Positions 43,956 through 56,400 of a stretch of 64,000 nucleotides of DNA are shown here, in pieces. Each line of letters starts with the position of its first letter. Within the stretch, counting starts at the first letter, position 1. The stretch is from Bugula neritina (lineage: Eukaryota; Animalia; Bryozoa), in NCBI GenBank assembly GCA_964035545.1, contig OZ037766.1:30556773-30620772 (forward strand), read 5' to 3'. The position numbers and the translations under genes were made by a program. The notes below the pieces were generated by a model. That model had not been told where the DNA came from and ran no database searches. It saw nothing but the letters and a program-made list of their open reading frames with translations.

Positions 43956-46900
43956 TCGTATAGTATATGTATATATGAGCAGCCCTATATGGGTAATTTA
44001 ATGTAAATATATAAATACTTACAAATGCTAAAATATGAACTGTTGAAAAAAAACACATTTCCATGAAAACTGCTGCTAATAACAACCGATGCATGAAAGG
44101 TATAGATATGCATGTATATTTTTAGGTCCAGCATACCACGTCATAGAATCAGTGACAAAAGACATTGAACATATTACTGGAGTACTAGTGATTATTTTAG
44201 AAGCTTCTATTAATGTAAACTTAACGCCAATTTTGAGAAATCTGAAATCGATTGCTGGAGAAGAACAATTGATAGAAAAACCTTACTGTTCTAGTAATAG
44301 GATACATGGCGACGAGTGTTTGAGGTATGTTCTAAAATTTATATACAAATGTGCCACACGGCATGCACACATAAACATGTTGTACAAATTTAGTGTATTA
44401 CAGTGCTTATGTTTACAAAAAAACTATCATACTCAGTTTATTTTACAGAGACTTCTCACTGATAATCAAAGCAAGAGCAGTTACATACCTCGGAATTGAC
44501 AGTTTAGAACGAGTAGATGGTGCTGTTTTCATACAGATTGGTACTATTTGTACAATTACCCAAGACAACTTAGTCAATATGATGAGAGACATCAGCACTT
44601 CAAACAACAATAATATTCAGATCTCCAGCGTGCTGTGCAGTGGTGGTATGGTGCAATGTAGCCAACCTTGTGACCTTGGCTGTCAAGAGGAACCTATCGG
44701 GTGCTACAGATGTCCCCCACGTGCTGATTCCACTTGTAAAATGTGCACAGGAGGCTATCAGTTAAACAACACGTGTGTTTCCACTTGTGACCCACCTCTA
44801 TATCTTCATACAAAGACAAACAAATGTATCAGCTGTCACAGTCAGTGTGCAGGAGGTTGCTCTGGTAGTGTAAGTCTTATATTTATAAGGACAAAAATGT
44901 ATTGCTTTTTGTTTTTTAATTCTATTAGCATTTTTATGAATAACTTCACTTATATCATACAGATTATTTACGTCATTTCTGTGAGAATTTTTTTAGTTGT
45001 TTGTTGTCTATATAATTTGCAATACAAGAATTACAAACTGAAAAATAATTGCCCCCACTGGGAATCGAACCCGGGACCTCTGGCTAACCATTACACCATG
45101 GGGACTACTGGGTAAATCCATCACTACACAAACTCCTAAAGCTAGCATTATGAGCTTTGACTTAACCTTCACTGCTACAGTATATAAGTTTCTTTTTAAG
45201 TCAGTAGTTTATTTCTTATTTTTCTAACAAATTGTATTAGAAACTGGTATACCATTTATTTCATTTGGTATAAATCTTTTTACATTTTATCGCCTGGTAG
45301 TATACTAAGCTGGTATATTATTCCATTTAAACTAGGTTCTGCATGTGATGTAAAATATGTTTAAGCATGTTAACTTGTTTCAGTCAGACACAGATTGTAA
45401 CCAGTGTAGGAACTACAGACTAAGAAATAGATGTGTCCAGACTTGCCCAGACAACACTGTAGCAGATAATATCAACAAGATATGTTTAGCCTGTGTACCT
45501 AATGGTTGTACTATTCAGTAAGTTTCAGTTTATTTATCTACTTAGAAGAATTTAGTGAATTTTCAAATGAATATAAACTACATACTTTTTCATTTGGCAG
45601 AGCTACGGTTTTTGATATTTTTATATTAAACAACCACCTGACTAGGGCAACTTTTTGACTAGGTTTCTCATTGAAAAGATATTACGGTATTTTTATTTAT
45701 TTGAATTTTTTGAATATAATTTTTAATATACACTAATTATATACATTCATTATAAAATAGATCAAACACAGCAAGATAAAATGTAAAGGAATATTAGCTC
45801 ATAACTTCCAAAAAAGAGCATCCGTACACTATATGATATTTTAAAACACAAGTAGTTCTATATAGTAGCTATTTTTGAATTGCTATTTGTTTTTTGGTAA
45901 AATTGAGAAAATGAATAACAAAACAAGCTTATGTGAAAGCAAATTCAATTGTTCAGATCAAACTCAACATATATCAGCCAGAAGAATCTTCCATTGGTGC
46001 ATTTGTGCAATAAAGCTTTTTTTATAACTCTACAGTCTGCAAGAATGCTTTGATGCATGTATTAGCAATGCACAACTCCAAACTTTTCAATCTAAGTAAA
46101 CATTTACAGGCAGAAGGAAAGAGAAAAATACACTCTGAATTTCACTTATGATGGAGAAGGACTTTTATCCTGGACGGTAGAATTTGATGAGACTGTTCTA
46201 GAAAGATATCAAACTGTTGAGAATTTTATTTTGTATATTGAGAATGTTGATGGTTCAGAAAACAGGATGAGTATCATAGAACCAAGTAAGTTGATACGAT
46301 GCAAGAGACACTAATGTATGAATAAACATTCGGTAACATAGCCACTCGCGCATGCACACACACACAATTACACACACATTTACACATACATTTACACACA
46401 CATTTACAAATCCATGCATTCAAACACACAATTACACACACGCCATATACATTTGCACACATAAACAAAAATTAGGCTATATGTTTATACATCGGTTACA
46501 GTTTAAAGCAGTATTGCCTTTACCCTTTTTCAGCATCAAAAAGGGCAGATCTTAGAAAGCCGCTCTATAAAGTTACCGGAAGTACAGTGTATGGCATTGT
46601 TTTCCTGGTTAATTCAACTCTGTTTGGAGTTATGTCTTCTTATCCACCAGTGCATATCTCTATATTGGGTGAGTTAACTATAATTTATCTCTTTATATTA
46701 AACTTTGCAGCAGCTGACTAAATTTACAATGAAAATTAATTGTCTGTTTGCTCTGTACAAGTACCTAATTTTATACATTCTCAGCTAGTTTGAATGTTTC
46801 AGCAGTAGTGGAGTTGATATTATTCAATGTTATATTATATTATATTATGTTATATTATATTATATTATATTATATTATATTATATTATATTATATTATAT

Positions 46901-49442
46901 TATATTATATATAGTGTTATTAACATGTGTTAATAGTTGGCAAACCATGGTTGTAGGTAAAACAATGATAATAGAAGACGTCCATCTTGAATTACTTTCT
47001 GATAATCAAATTTACATAGAGTTCACTGAGATTGATTCAACTCACTCTGAATCTGTCACTGAAGTGGTTCTGTCATTCAAAGACAAACTGATCGGTAAAG
47101 CTAATATCTCGAGCAACACAAAGTAAGAAAATCAGTTATTTTTAATTCTTTATTACATAACAGAATGTGTTGTAAAATTAAATGATACTTGAGTTTATTT
47201 TAATCACGTTTTTATATTATTTGTGATTTTCAGTAAAACTGTGGAAACTTTTCCGGAAACATCAAAAAGCAGTTCCTACTCTAGACTAAAGTATACGATT
47301 ATTGTACAATTCTTACGGTTTGAGGGCCAACCAATAACTCTATCAACAAATTATTGGCATACTGTAAAGTTGGAGTTGTTGGGTGCCAGTAAAGATATCG
47401 GCTGGAGCAGCATCTATCAAGTCTTCTATCAAGATGAGTCAGCTATTGAAGGTCAGTATTCACTTTGGTTTATCTCCTATATTGTTATTGAATAATAAAT
47501 AAAATTAATAATAGTAACAAGCTTATTGTATAACTTTACCTCCAGAAAGTTTCGCTTTTTGGCTTTATTTTTCAATTCCAAAAGCTAGTCAAAATAAACC
47601 ATTTACACCCCGTCATTGCAGTGAACATTCATTGTTATATGACTTCTCACTAACATTTATTTACAGGGGTTAAAGTAGCAATGAGATGTTATTAGCCTAA
47701 GTTTAATCTAAATGGCAAACTTTTCATACTACTACTGCATACTATTTCTACTACTGTTACTATCGCTACTATTGCTACTATTGCTACTATTGCTACTATT
47801 GCTACTATTGCTACTATTGCTACTATTGCTACTATTGCTACTATTGCTACTATTGCTACTATTGCTACTATTGCTACTATTGCTACTATTGCTACTATTG
47901 CTACTATTGCTACTATTGCTACTATTGCTACTGCTACTGCTACTGCTACTAAGACTATACAGCTGCTGTACTATAATAATATGCTAATGCAAAAACTATT
48001 AGTATTGTTTTTGTTGTTACTACTGCTACTATTATTACAACTTTTATTACACCATAAAGCAATACATCAGCTCCACTTTATCTTTTAGCTAAATACAAAC
48101 CCACAAATGAAACAGAATTAAACTCCACCACCATAGATCTTTCTAAAGCTGGGCTGCGAAATGTTAAAACCACTCCTTCAGAAAACTTGTGGGCAGTGCC
48201 AAAACCTTACATTCTTGTAACTCTTGCATCTTTGCTGCTAGTCAATGTAAGTCAAACACTAACCAGTGTATCTGCATGTAAATTATTATTTAACAAATCT
48301 AAATTTTTACTTGTTTAACTGAGTTAAATTTACAAACCAGGCATGTCTGATTGTTTTGTATTAAAATATATAACTCAAATAACATAGTCTTAACTTTCAG
48401 ATTTATTACAGATCTTTCGTTGTTTTTTTAGATTGCAATGATAGTTGTGGGATATTTTATAAAAATAAAGTTTGTTTATTCATTGTTTGGGCCAACCCAG
48501 TCAACTAAATTCCCGGAAGAGAATGATAAGGATATTTTCATAGCTGGATATCACTCAAAGCCGGCTTTTAGTTTTAATCAAAAACATACATCAGTCAACC
48601 AATATGATGGGTATTATGATGTCGAGGATGTTTCAACCAGCAAACCTAGAACAAGTACTCTAAAAAGATTTAGCAATATGAGCAAGAAGCAAAAATGGGA
48701 TAAGAAAAACTCATTTTCTACAAGCAGTCGCAAGTGGAAAGATATATCTAGACGCATTATAAATCAGAGAAGATTATCTGCAATTGATGAAAAAGATAAA
48801 TATTCAACAGAGCACCAAAATAAGCCACTTGATGACCAAAATTATTATTCACAGGCTGGTTATTATAGTGACATAACAGCTTTAGACAACATTCCAAAAA
48901 AAAGAAGAGCAAATTCAAAGAAATTAAAAAATCGCTGGAAAAATTTCACTAAAAGGAAGTTGCCGCAAATACTTAGTATAGGAGACAAAAGACAGTCTAA
49001 CCAGTATGATGTCATTGGCTATTCGGAAAATGTAGTCGATATGGTTGAAACCAAAACTGCAGAAATGTTAGCAAAAAACAACAGATTAGCTGAAACAGCT
49101 GAAGTAACAAAGATAACCATACCTGAGCCAATTGTAGGAGAAGGTAAAGTTGTACAAGCAGACTATTATGATTATACAGAGGAATCTAATGCACCTGTAC
49201 ATAATGATGATGATGCCTTAGCAATAATGGCTGAATACAACAACCAGTTTAGTAAGAGTGATCAATCAGTATCTGAGAAAAAGAAGCCACCAATTCAAAA
49301 CAAAAATCCTGAGAAAGCCTCAAAAGCAAAGAAAGCTAATAAAAAAAAAGGGATGACTAACCCTACAAAAGTTGGTCAGTCACGCAACAAAACCAAAAAA
49401 CAAAACTCTAAAAATATAAATACTACAAACAAGTTCAAATAA
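38844..49442 (+). CDS. R3: kinase-less EGFR-ectodomain-like receptor paralog, sister of R2; 19 exons, ~1563 aa, Lys/Tyr-rich ~325-aa tail
   Basis: Exons: 38844-38922, 39360-39716, 40016-40135, 40355-40539, 40925-41090, 41300-41539, 42321-42563, 42888-43103, 43184-43447, 43624-43827, 44126-44324, 44449-44869, 45384-45517, 46110-46285, 46534-46668, 46957-47122, 47234-47451, 48089-48246, 48432-49442 (4692 nt). Signal peptide MNLNVIKCYVVFCGISFLKVQG; [25 protein letters not shown] followed by KIK. Confidence 0.88.
43878..43976. repeat. (TA)n microsatellite
   Basis: Direct reading. Confidence 0.92.
45040..45130 (-). mobile_element. Short tRNA-derived element, copy 3 (anticodon arm deleted)
   Basis: Reverse complement GGATTTACCCAGTAGTCCCCATGGTGTAATGGTTAGCCAGAGGTCCCGGGTTCGATTCCCAGTGGGGGCAATTATTTTTC matches copy 1 at both ends; flanked by ACAAACT direct repeats. 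Confidence 0.7.
46828..46912. repeat. (TATAT)n pentanucleotide repeat
   Basis: Direct reading. Confidence 0.9.
47766..47950. repeat. (CTACTATTG)n 9-bp tandem repeat in R3 intron 17
   Basis: Direct reading; it produces the poly-Leu ORF 47712-47987. Confidence 0.95.
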
Positions 49443-50436
49443 GCTGTTTAAAAAATAACTTGTTTAAATACTAGTATTTGTATTTTCTTCAAAAAATATG
49501 CAGTTGTAACTTTTGCATTACTCAACTCTATATAATGTTACACTATGTATTGTTTTGCTTTATAGCTTCTTCCAAACAGACTTGGTATTGATAATAAAAC
49601 GTGAGTAAATAAAACTGGAAGATATATATAATGTAGATATGATTCAGAATTATACACATCTTCATCTTTGGGGTCAAAAGTAATATTCATAAATTTTCTT
49701 TTTGTGTGTTTCAGGTGATGCACTTCGCCTGGTTTTTAACTTATTAAATTAATTTATTAGGAGAAAAACCTTGCAATTTTAAGTTGTATCTAGTTTAGAA
49801 TAGCATTCCAAATGAACTATTTTATGGTGCATATAAATGTTAAAACTTATAACTGTAATTATGATCAAAATTATAATTTTCCTACAAAATTTCTAGTTAA
49901 TTTATTTTAGGTTTGCTATGCAGTAGCTTACAAAAACACAGTTTAATAATTTAAGACTTAATATCTATATTGATTAAAAATATGTATCAAAGCTTTTGTT
50001 TCAATTTATTTTTGTGCAGTTTGTCTAAAAATTATATCTTGCTTATTTATTTTCATCAAGATAGTATGTTAACTTCCTTGCACTTTGACACTCTTCAGTT
50101 ACATATAAGTTCATCTTTGAATATATCTATAGTCAAATAGTTTTCAAAAATTCTTTTTTAATTTGGCTTAACTAGTGTGATTCAAATATAGACTATAGAG
50201 TGCTCTGAATTTGAGAAAATATTTTATTCAAGCAAAAATAATAGTAAAAGTGGCACAAAACAAATGAATTAAATTGAAACAGTGACAAAAAAATCTAATA
50301 AGATGGTTGTGTGGTGATTTAACTATAATACCTCATGATGTCAAGCTTTATAACTAACTGAAAAATCATGTTTGGCCTGTTTGCTTGCATTTCTATAAGC
50401 GTATTTTTGCTGTTGTCTTTTATGACAAGCAAATTT

Positions 50437-53400
50437 TTAATGTAGTGTATGAGATGAGCGAAGCTGTAATCTGCTTGTTATCCGACAGTCTTCTTTACCC
50501 GTTGCTGAGTTGATCACAGATGGTGAAATATTTATTCTGTTTTGTAATGATCTTGCAGCAACTGGGTTAATGCCACGATACAGGCTTGGTATTAGAGATT
50601 TTCTCTTTCTAATTGTTCTTGGTTCTGTTGCTTTTTCTTTTTTGGTTAAGCAATATCCAATACATATAGTGACCAACTAAAAATAGAAATTCATCAGTAA
50701 CATATATGACGATGGATTGAAATGTGACCTTATATATTTCTAAATTTTAATTTTGAACTATATTTTGCTTTAAATACAAAATTTAAACATTTTAATAAAT
50801 TTTTATCATAAAACATATATCAACTTTGAAAAATATCTTTAGTATAGCCTACTATAGTTTTTATTCAAACTAAAAATAATTCTTTAGAAAAACTGTTTTT
50901 TAACAATTTTCTTGAAATAAAATAAAATTCGTGTACAAAGTCTAAAAATAATCTTGAGTCAAAAATGATACTATCAAAAAATATTAATTTTAAAACAAGA
51001 GAAATTTATAAGAATAAATGAGATAAAATATATATAACGATCTATAATGTCAAATGACAAACTTACCACAATTGACAGCACACAAATGACAGCTAATAGA
51101 ATTGCAGTCAGTAAAGCAGGTTCTGGTTCACTTAAAGATTTAGAAATGATAGGTGTACTTATAGCTGTCACCGAAGGGTCAAGCTTCCTATTTGTAATTC
51201 TGCCAGTTTGTATTCCTTTAAGCAAAAAATAAGAACTAAAATAGTAGCAATCAGGAAATATCTTTGCAGGGTATTTGCAACTTGAGAAATATAAATATCA
51301 TTTACTAACAAAAAAGCTATCTCTATTACTTTTGAACAAATTGGTGAAAAAGCACCTTGTTTTTGTAATTCTAAAAGCTAAAGTAAGTTTACCTGCAATA
51401 CTCAGGTGAACGGGTGGATACCAGGACATAAGTCCATGAGATGAGGTATTCACTAAAAGTACTACACTGTACAACTCATCTTTTTTGAGTCTATAAATTC
51501 GCAATCTTAAGTCTGTCACTCTAGTTTCTGGAAAAAATCGATATAAAATTATTTATGTTGTGCTGATAGTTAAAAGCAGTGCAAATTAGTGTTTGCATGT
51601 ATATATGTATCATAGCTAATGTATTTGAATGCTCATAGCTGCAACGACTACACGTATAAAATCACAAGATCCAAGACAAATGAGTGCAGCCATTAGGGTT
51701 ATTGAGTGTAGTGGTTTGGGGTTAATGAGTGTAGTGGTTTGGGGTTAATGAGTGCAGTGGTTTTGGGGTTAATGAGTGTAGTGGTTTTGGAGTTAATGAG
51801 TGTAGTTGTTTGAAGCTAATGAGTGTAGTGATTTGGGGTTAATGAGTGCAGTTGTTTAAGGTCAATGAGTGTAGTTATTTGGGGTTAATAAGTGCAACGG
51901 TTTAGGGTTAATGAGTGTAGTAGTTTTGGGGTTAATTAGTGCAATGGTTTAGGGTTAATGAGTGTAGTGGTTTGGGGTTAATGAGTGTAGTAGTTTGTAG
52001 TTGGGAGTTTAGAGTTTGGACTATGATGCGCATGCACATACTTTTTGCAATTCCCTACTTAATCACTACGCAGTACAGTAAGTATGCGTATGCTATAAGT
52101 GGTTTCTTTAAAGTATAGATTTAAGATAACTTTCTATAACTACAATTTCCACCTGTATTATTCTGAAGTCAAAAGTAGGCTTGAATGAACACAACTAGAA
52201 CACTTTACCAGCTGCTTGTTTATGCACCCAATATTGTTTCTTATCAAATTTTCTTATGTACAGAATAAAGTTTTCCACGACTTTGATTGATTTGGGAGCA
52301 CTTTCATCAAACTCCAGTGCCCACAATAGTAAACCTTTTCCATCGTAGGTAAGGTTGAGGGAATACAATGGGTTTTGCTTTTGCCTATCAACACACAAGG
52401 TTAGTTTAGCATGTGTTATTTGCACTTGTTTTTCTTGCTAAGATTTTTTAGCTTCTTGAAATGTTTTTTTCTAAAATTTCAACAGTAATTAGAGTTGTTG
52501 GTGAAATGATCTATTGAAGCATTCCTATTAAAACCATGATTTCCAGCATTTATTTTGTTTTAATTAATTATTTTTACCAACAATACATTTCAGCATTGAC
52601 GACTTCTTTATTTACTGTTTATTGCGATTCTACAGATTACTATTTTCTTCTATTCCGCCCCATGTGAATCTACATATGCATAAGATAAGTTACCACACCA
52701 ATATAACTTTATAGGCAAAGAATGCAAAATTGTCTGCGTAACAAATCACTATATAAACTTATTAGTTACGCAGTTTATAAATTGCTTTATACAGATCAGT
52801 TTTATTTGAACCCAACATGATAGAATAATTACAAAATAATTATAATCATATAGGACCTCCTATATATCAGGACTCACTAAACAATCAGACTAAGCTCTAG
52901 TAGAAAGTGTAGAACTTAGCACTACCTATAGTGCTGTACATGATTACATCTGTATGCAAACATTATTTTAATTTTTTTGCAAATAAAAAGTACTATATAC
53001 ATATAATTATTAGTGCCTGTGTAAAGTTCGCTTAGTTATTATAGAAGTAATAAACTTACTGAATAGTACAACCATTAGGTACACAGGCTAAACATATCTT
53101 GTTGATACTATTTGGTACAGTGTTGTCTGGACAAGTCTGGACACATCTATTTCTTAATCTGTAGTTCCTACACTGGTTACACTCTGTGTCCAACTGAAAC
53201 AAGTAAATATCCTTGAACATATTTCATACCAAATGAAGAACCTATATAGCTCAAATAGAATATACTGTATAACAGTTTTCTAATACAATAATTACACTGG
53301 TTACACTCCGTGTCTGATTGAAACAGAGAAAACTGAGTAAGCTATAACATCATTATACTCAATGTAAACAGTACTAAATTTCATTATCAATAAAGCAACG

Positions 53401-56400
53401 AGAAATTAATTTTAAATGAAAACTAACAAGAATAATAGACAAGGTTAAACAAATAAAAGTAAAAAATGTTTTACTTTTAAAACTGATAATGCTATATATG
53501 AGGTGAAAACAAAAATTTAATTTTTTAACTTCATGTTCATTTTCTGAACAAAACTTTTATTTGTATTAGAGCTGCATCATAGTTATTATTATTACACTTT
53601 ATCAAATTTTATTTCAAGCATTAAAAAACTTAAATTTTAATAAGCTACATTTTATTTTTTACAGTGTGAGTTTACTGTAGATCGATTTCAACCCAATTTG
53701 TTATTAAGGGAGTAAAAATGAACAAAACAAATTACTTAATTAATACACATTTTACACATATCAAACATATGTTAGAAATCAATATGCATATATGAAAGCT
53801 TTCAAATTAAATGTCCTTTTTTTGTGCTTTAAAATTCTAATAGTGAGAAGCTGACTTACACTACCAAAGCAGCCTCCCACACACTGACTGTGACAGCTGA
53901 TACATTTTTTCATTTTCACATGAAGATAGTGTGGTGGGTTGCAACTGGAAACACACATGTTGTCCAACTGATAGCCTTGTTTGCACATCTTACAAGTTGA
54001 ATAAGAGCGTGGGGGACATCTGTAGCACCCGTGATTCTCATCTTGACATCCCAACTGACAATTTGAGTTGCACAGCAGCTTTTCATCATCTAAAATATTT
54101 GTAAGAACTTAGAATTTACTTATGAATATACTACACAGTGCAATGTAGTTATATACTAGAGCAGGGGTGGGCAACTTCTTTTGCATGAGAGCCAAGTTCA
54201 AAGGTCATCCAAAACAAAGAGCCACAGGATTGTGCATGTATTAAATTTCATTGTAATAAATAATTTGTCACGGTGCTAATCAGAATGCAGATGAAATTTT
54301 TTATTTATCTTATGCATTAAAAGGGCTACTGGAGAATGGGACAAGGGCCACAGGTAGCCCTGGGGTCTCCAGTTGCACACCCCTGCATGGTAGAGTACTT
54401 ATTATAGAATAGAAATATTCCAGAGAGTGATTTAAAGCACAAACACACTACATAGTGCAATATAGCATAATATAGAAATATTATACATTAGTGTAATAAA
54501 ACATGCAAATATTATACTAAAAAGTGTAGTGAAATATTATGACATAGAAGTATACTATGTTGTAATATAGCATCAAATATAATATTATTACAGTACAGAG
54601 ATAACTACCTGCACATGTGTCCTCGTTGACAGTTATTCTGCTAGATCTTGTAGCTGTAACATGCTTCAAAAAAGTAGCAATTTCAGCTGTCTTCGAAGTA
54701 CAAAACTTGTTTATATTTAGCAATACAGGACCAGAAACATGTTCTAGCTTTTTCAATCCAAGATATGTTGTGTGGTATACATCAATTACTAGCACAAAAT
54801 TTCTATAAACAAAAATAAATTCACTTTTTAGAAGAATAATACAGGTTTTAGTTGTTTGAAAGCTGAGCATTATTTTGATAATGCTGAAAAAATAGTAAAG
54901 GTGGACCAGTAGGAATAAAAAATAATTAAAATTTCATCTCAAAAAGCAATTAAAAATTTTAAAATTCATAGTTTTTAGTCTGTCATAAAGCTATTTAGAA
55001 CAAACATTTTTGTTTTTATGAATACATATCTTACAGACACACAACAATGTAGCCTTTATTTTATTTCAACTTTAAATGCATTACAGATACATAACAAAAT
55101 GTTCATAATGTCATGTTACTTGTTTGATGGGAAGCATGAGCTTGTAATTGCAACTATACATTCAAAGGTTGTAATTTGGTAACTGATTTTCAAAATTAAA
55201 GATGCTCTTTTTTTTATTTGCTGTTGACATAGAAGCTTTAGGCAGTTATTGATGGTGCAATGTGAATAACTCATAACATTAATATGTCATAATAATTCTA
55301 TAAGTTGTAATAAAATACTGTGGGGTGTATACTAATGTCTTTAAGCTTTATATAATTATAATGATCAAACTAGACAAATTTTCAGCACATAAAATACTAC
55401 CATGTTTAGCACATAAAATACTGTAAGGTTTAGTACATAAAATACTGTAATGTTTAGTACATAAAACACTGTATAATGTCTAGCACACAAAATACTACAA
55501 TGTTTAGCATATGAAATACTGCAATGCTTAGCATATGAAATACTGCAATGCTTAGCATATGAAATACTGCAATGGTTAGCACATAAAATACTGTAATGTT
55601 TTATATAGTACATACCCTCGACATAATAAAGAAAAAACCGCACTGTTGTCACATATAGAATGAGATCTCCAGTTTCCTTCTCCACCAACAGTCTCCAAGT
55701 TTCCAAAGAACCTAGAGATATTTACAGTGTCAGGTTGAGTGAACCTCATTACCACCGCCCCAGATACGTACTGAATTCGCTGTGTTACTCGCTCTATTTC
55801 TTCATCGGTAGCTTCTGCAAACAGTCGTAAAAATAGCTTACTCAAATAAGTTTATAATTATATAAAATAATATGGCAATTGCATGTAAATAGCTGAGCTG
55901 TTTTAATTACCTAATCATTATGATAGCACAGAAGCCAAAATATTATTTGAATTTTTATCTTTTACTTTTTTAAACGGCATGACTTTTTTAATTTTAAAAT
56001 TTGTAAAAATTTAAAAAGGTCAACATTGCTTACCATCACCGTTCACTATTATATGACCTTTAATGTGTGTGCAGCCTTTATCCATTTCATATATAGGGCT
56101 ATTTGACTCAAACACCTTCTGGGAATTGCACCAATATTCTAAACTCTTTTCACTTTTGATGCATTTCCTGTTTATATCTGGTGTATTTTCTTCAGAGCAT
56201 GACACAACGCAGGCGCCATTTTCCTCAAAATATCCAACTAAAATTTAGTAGTCACAATAATAGTGTTGTATATAAAATGGCTGGCTATTCTTATTTCTGA
56301 TTAAACTTTTGTTTCGATTAGCTACATACGTTGGCATGCTTATTAGAAAAGGTTTATATTGAGAAGGTTTACAAAACGAAAATAGAAGCTGAATTTAATA

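Noticed and set aside
26723-49442. R2 and R3 as an uncollapsed haplotype artefact
   Set aside because: Introns, inserted elements and tails differ far more than expected for alleles, consistent with a real tandem duplication.
51695-52000. Interstitial telomeric repeat
   Set aside because: Contains GGGTTA words, but the unit is ~23 bp rather than tandem TTAGGG.
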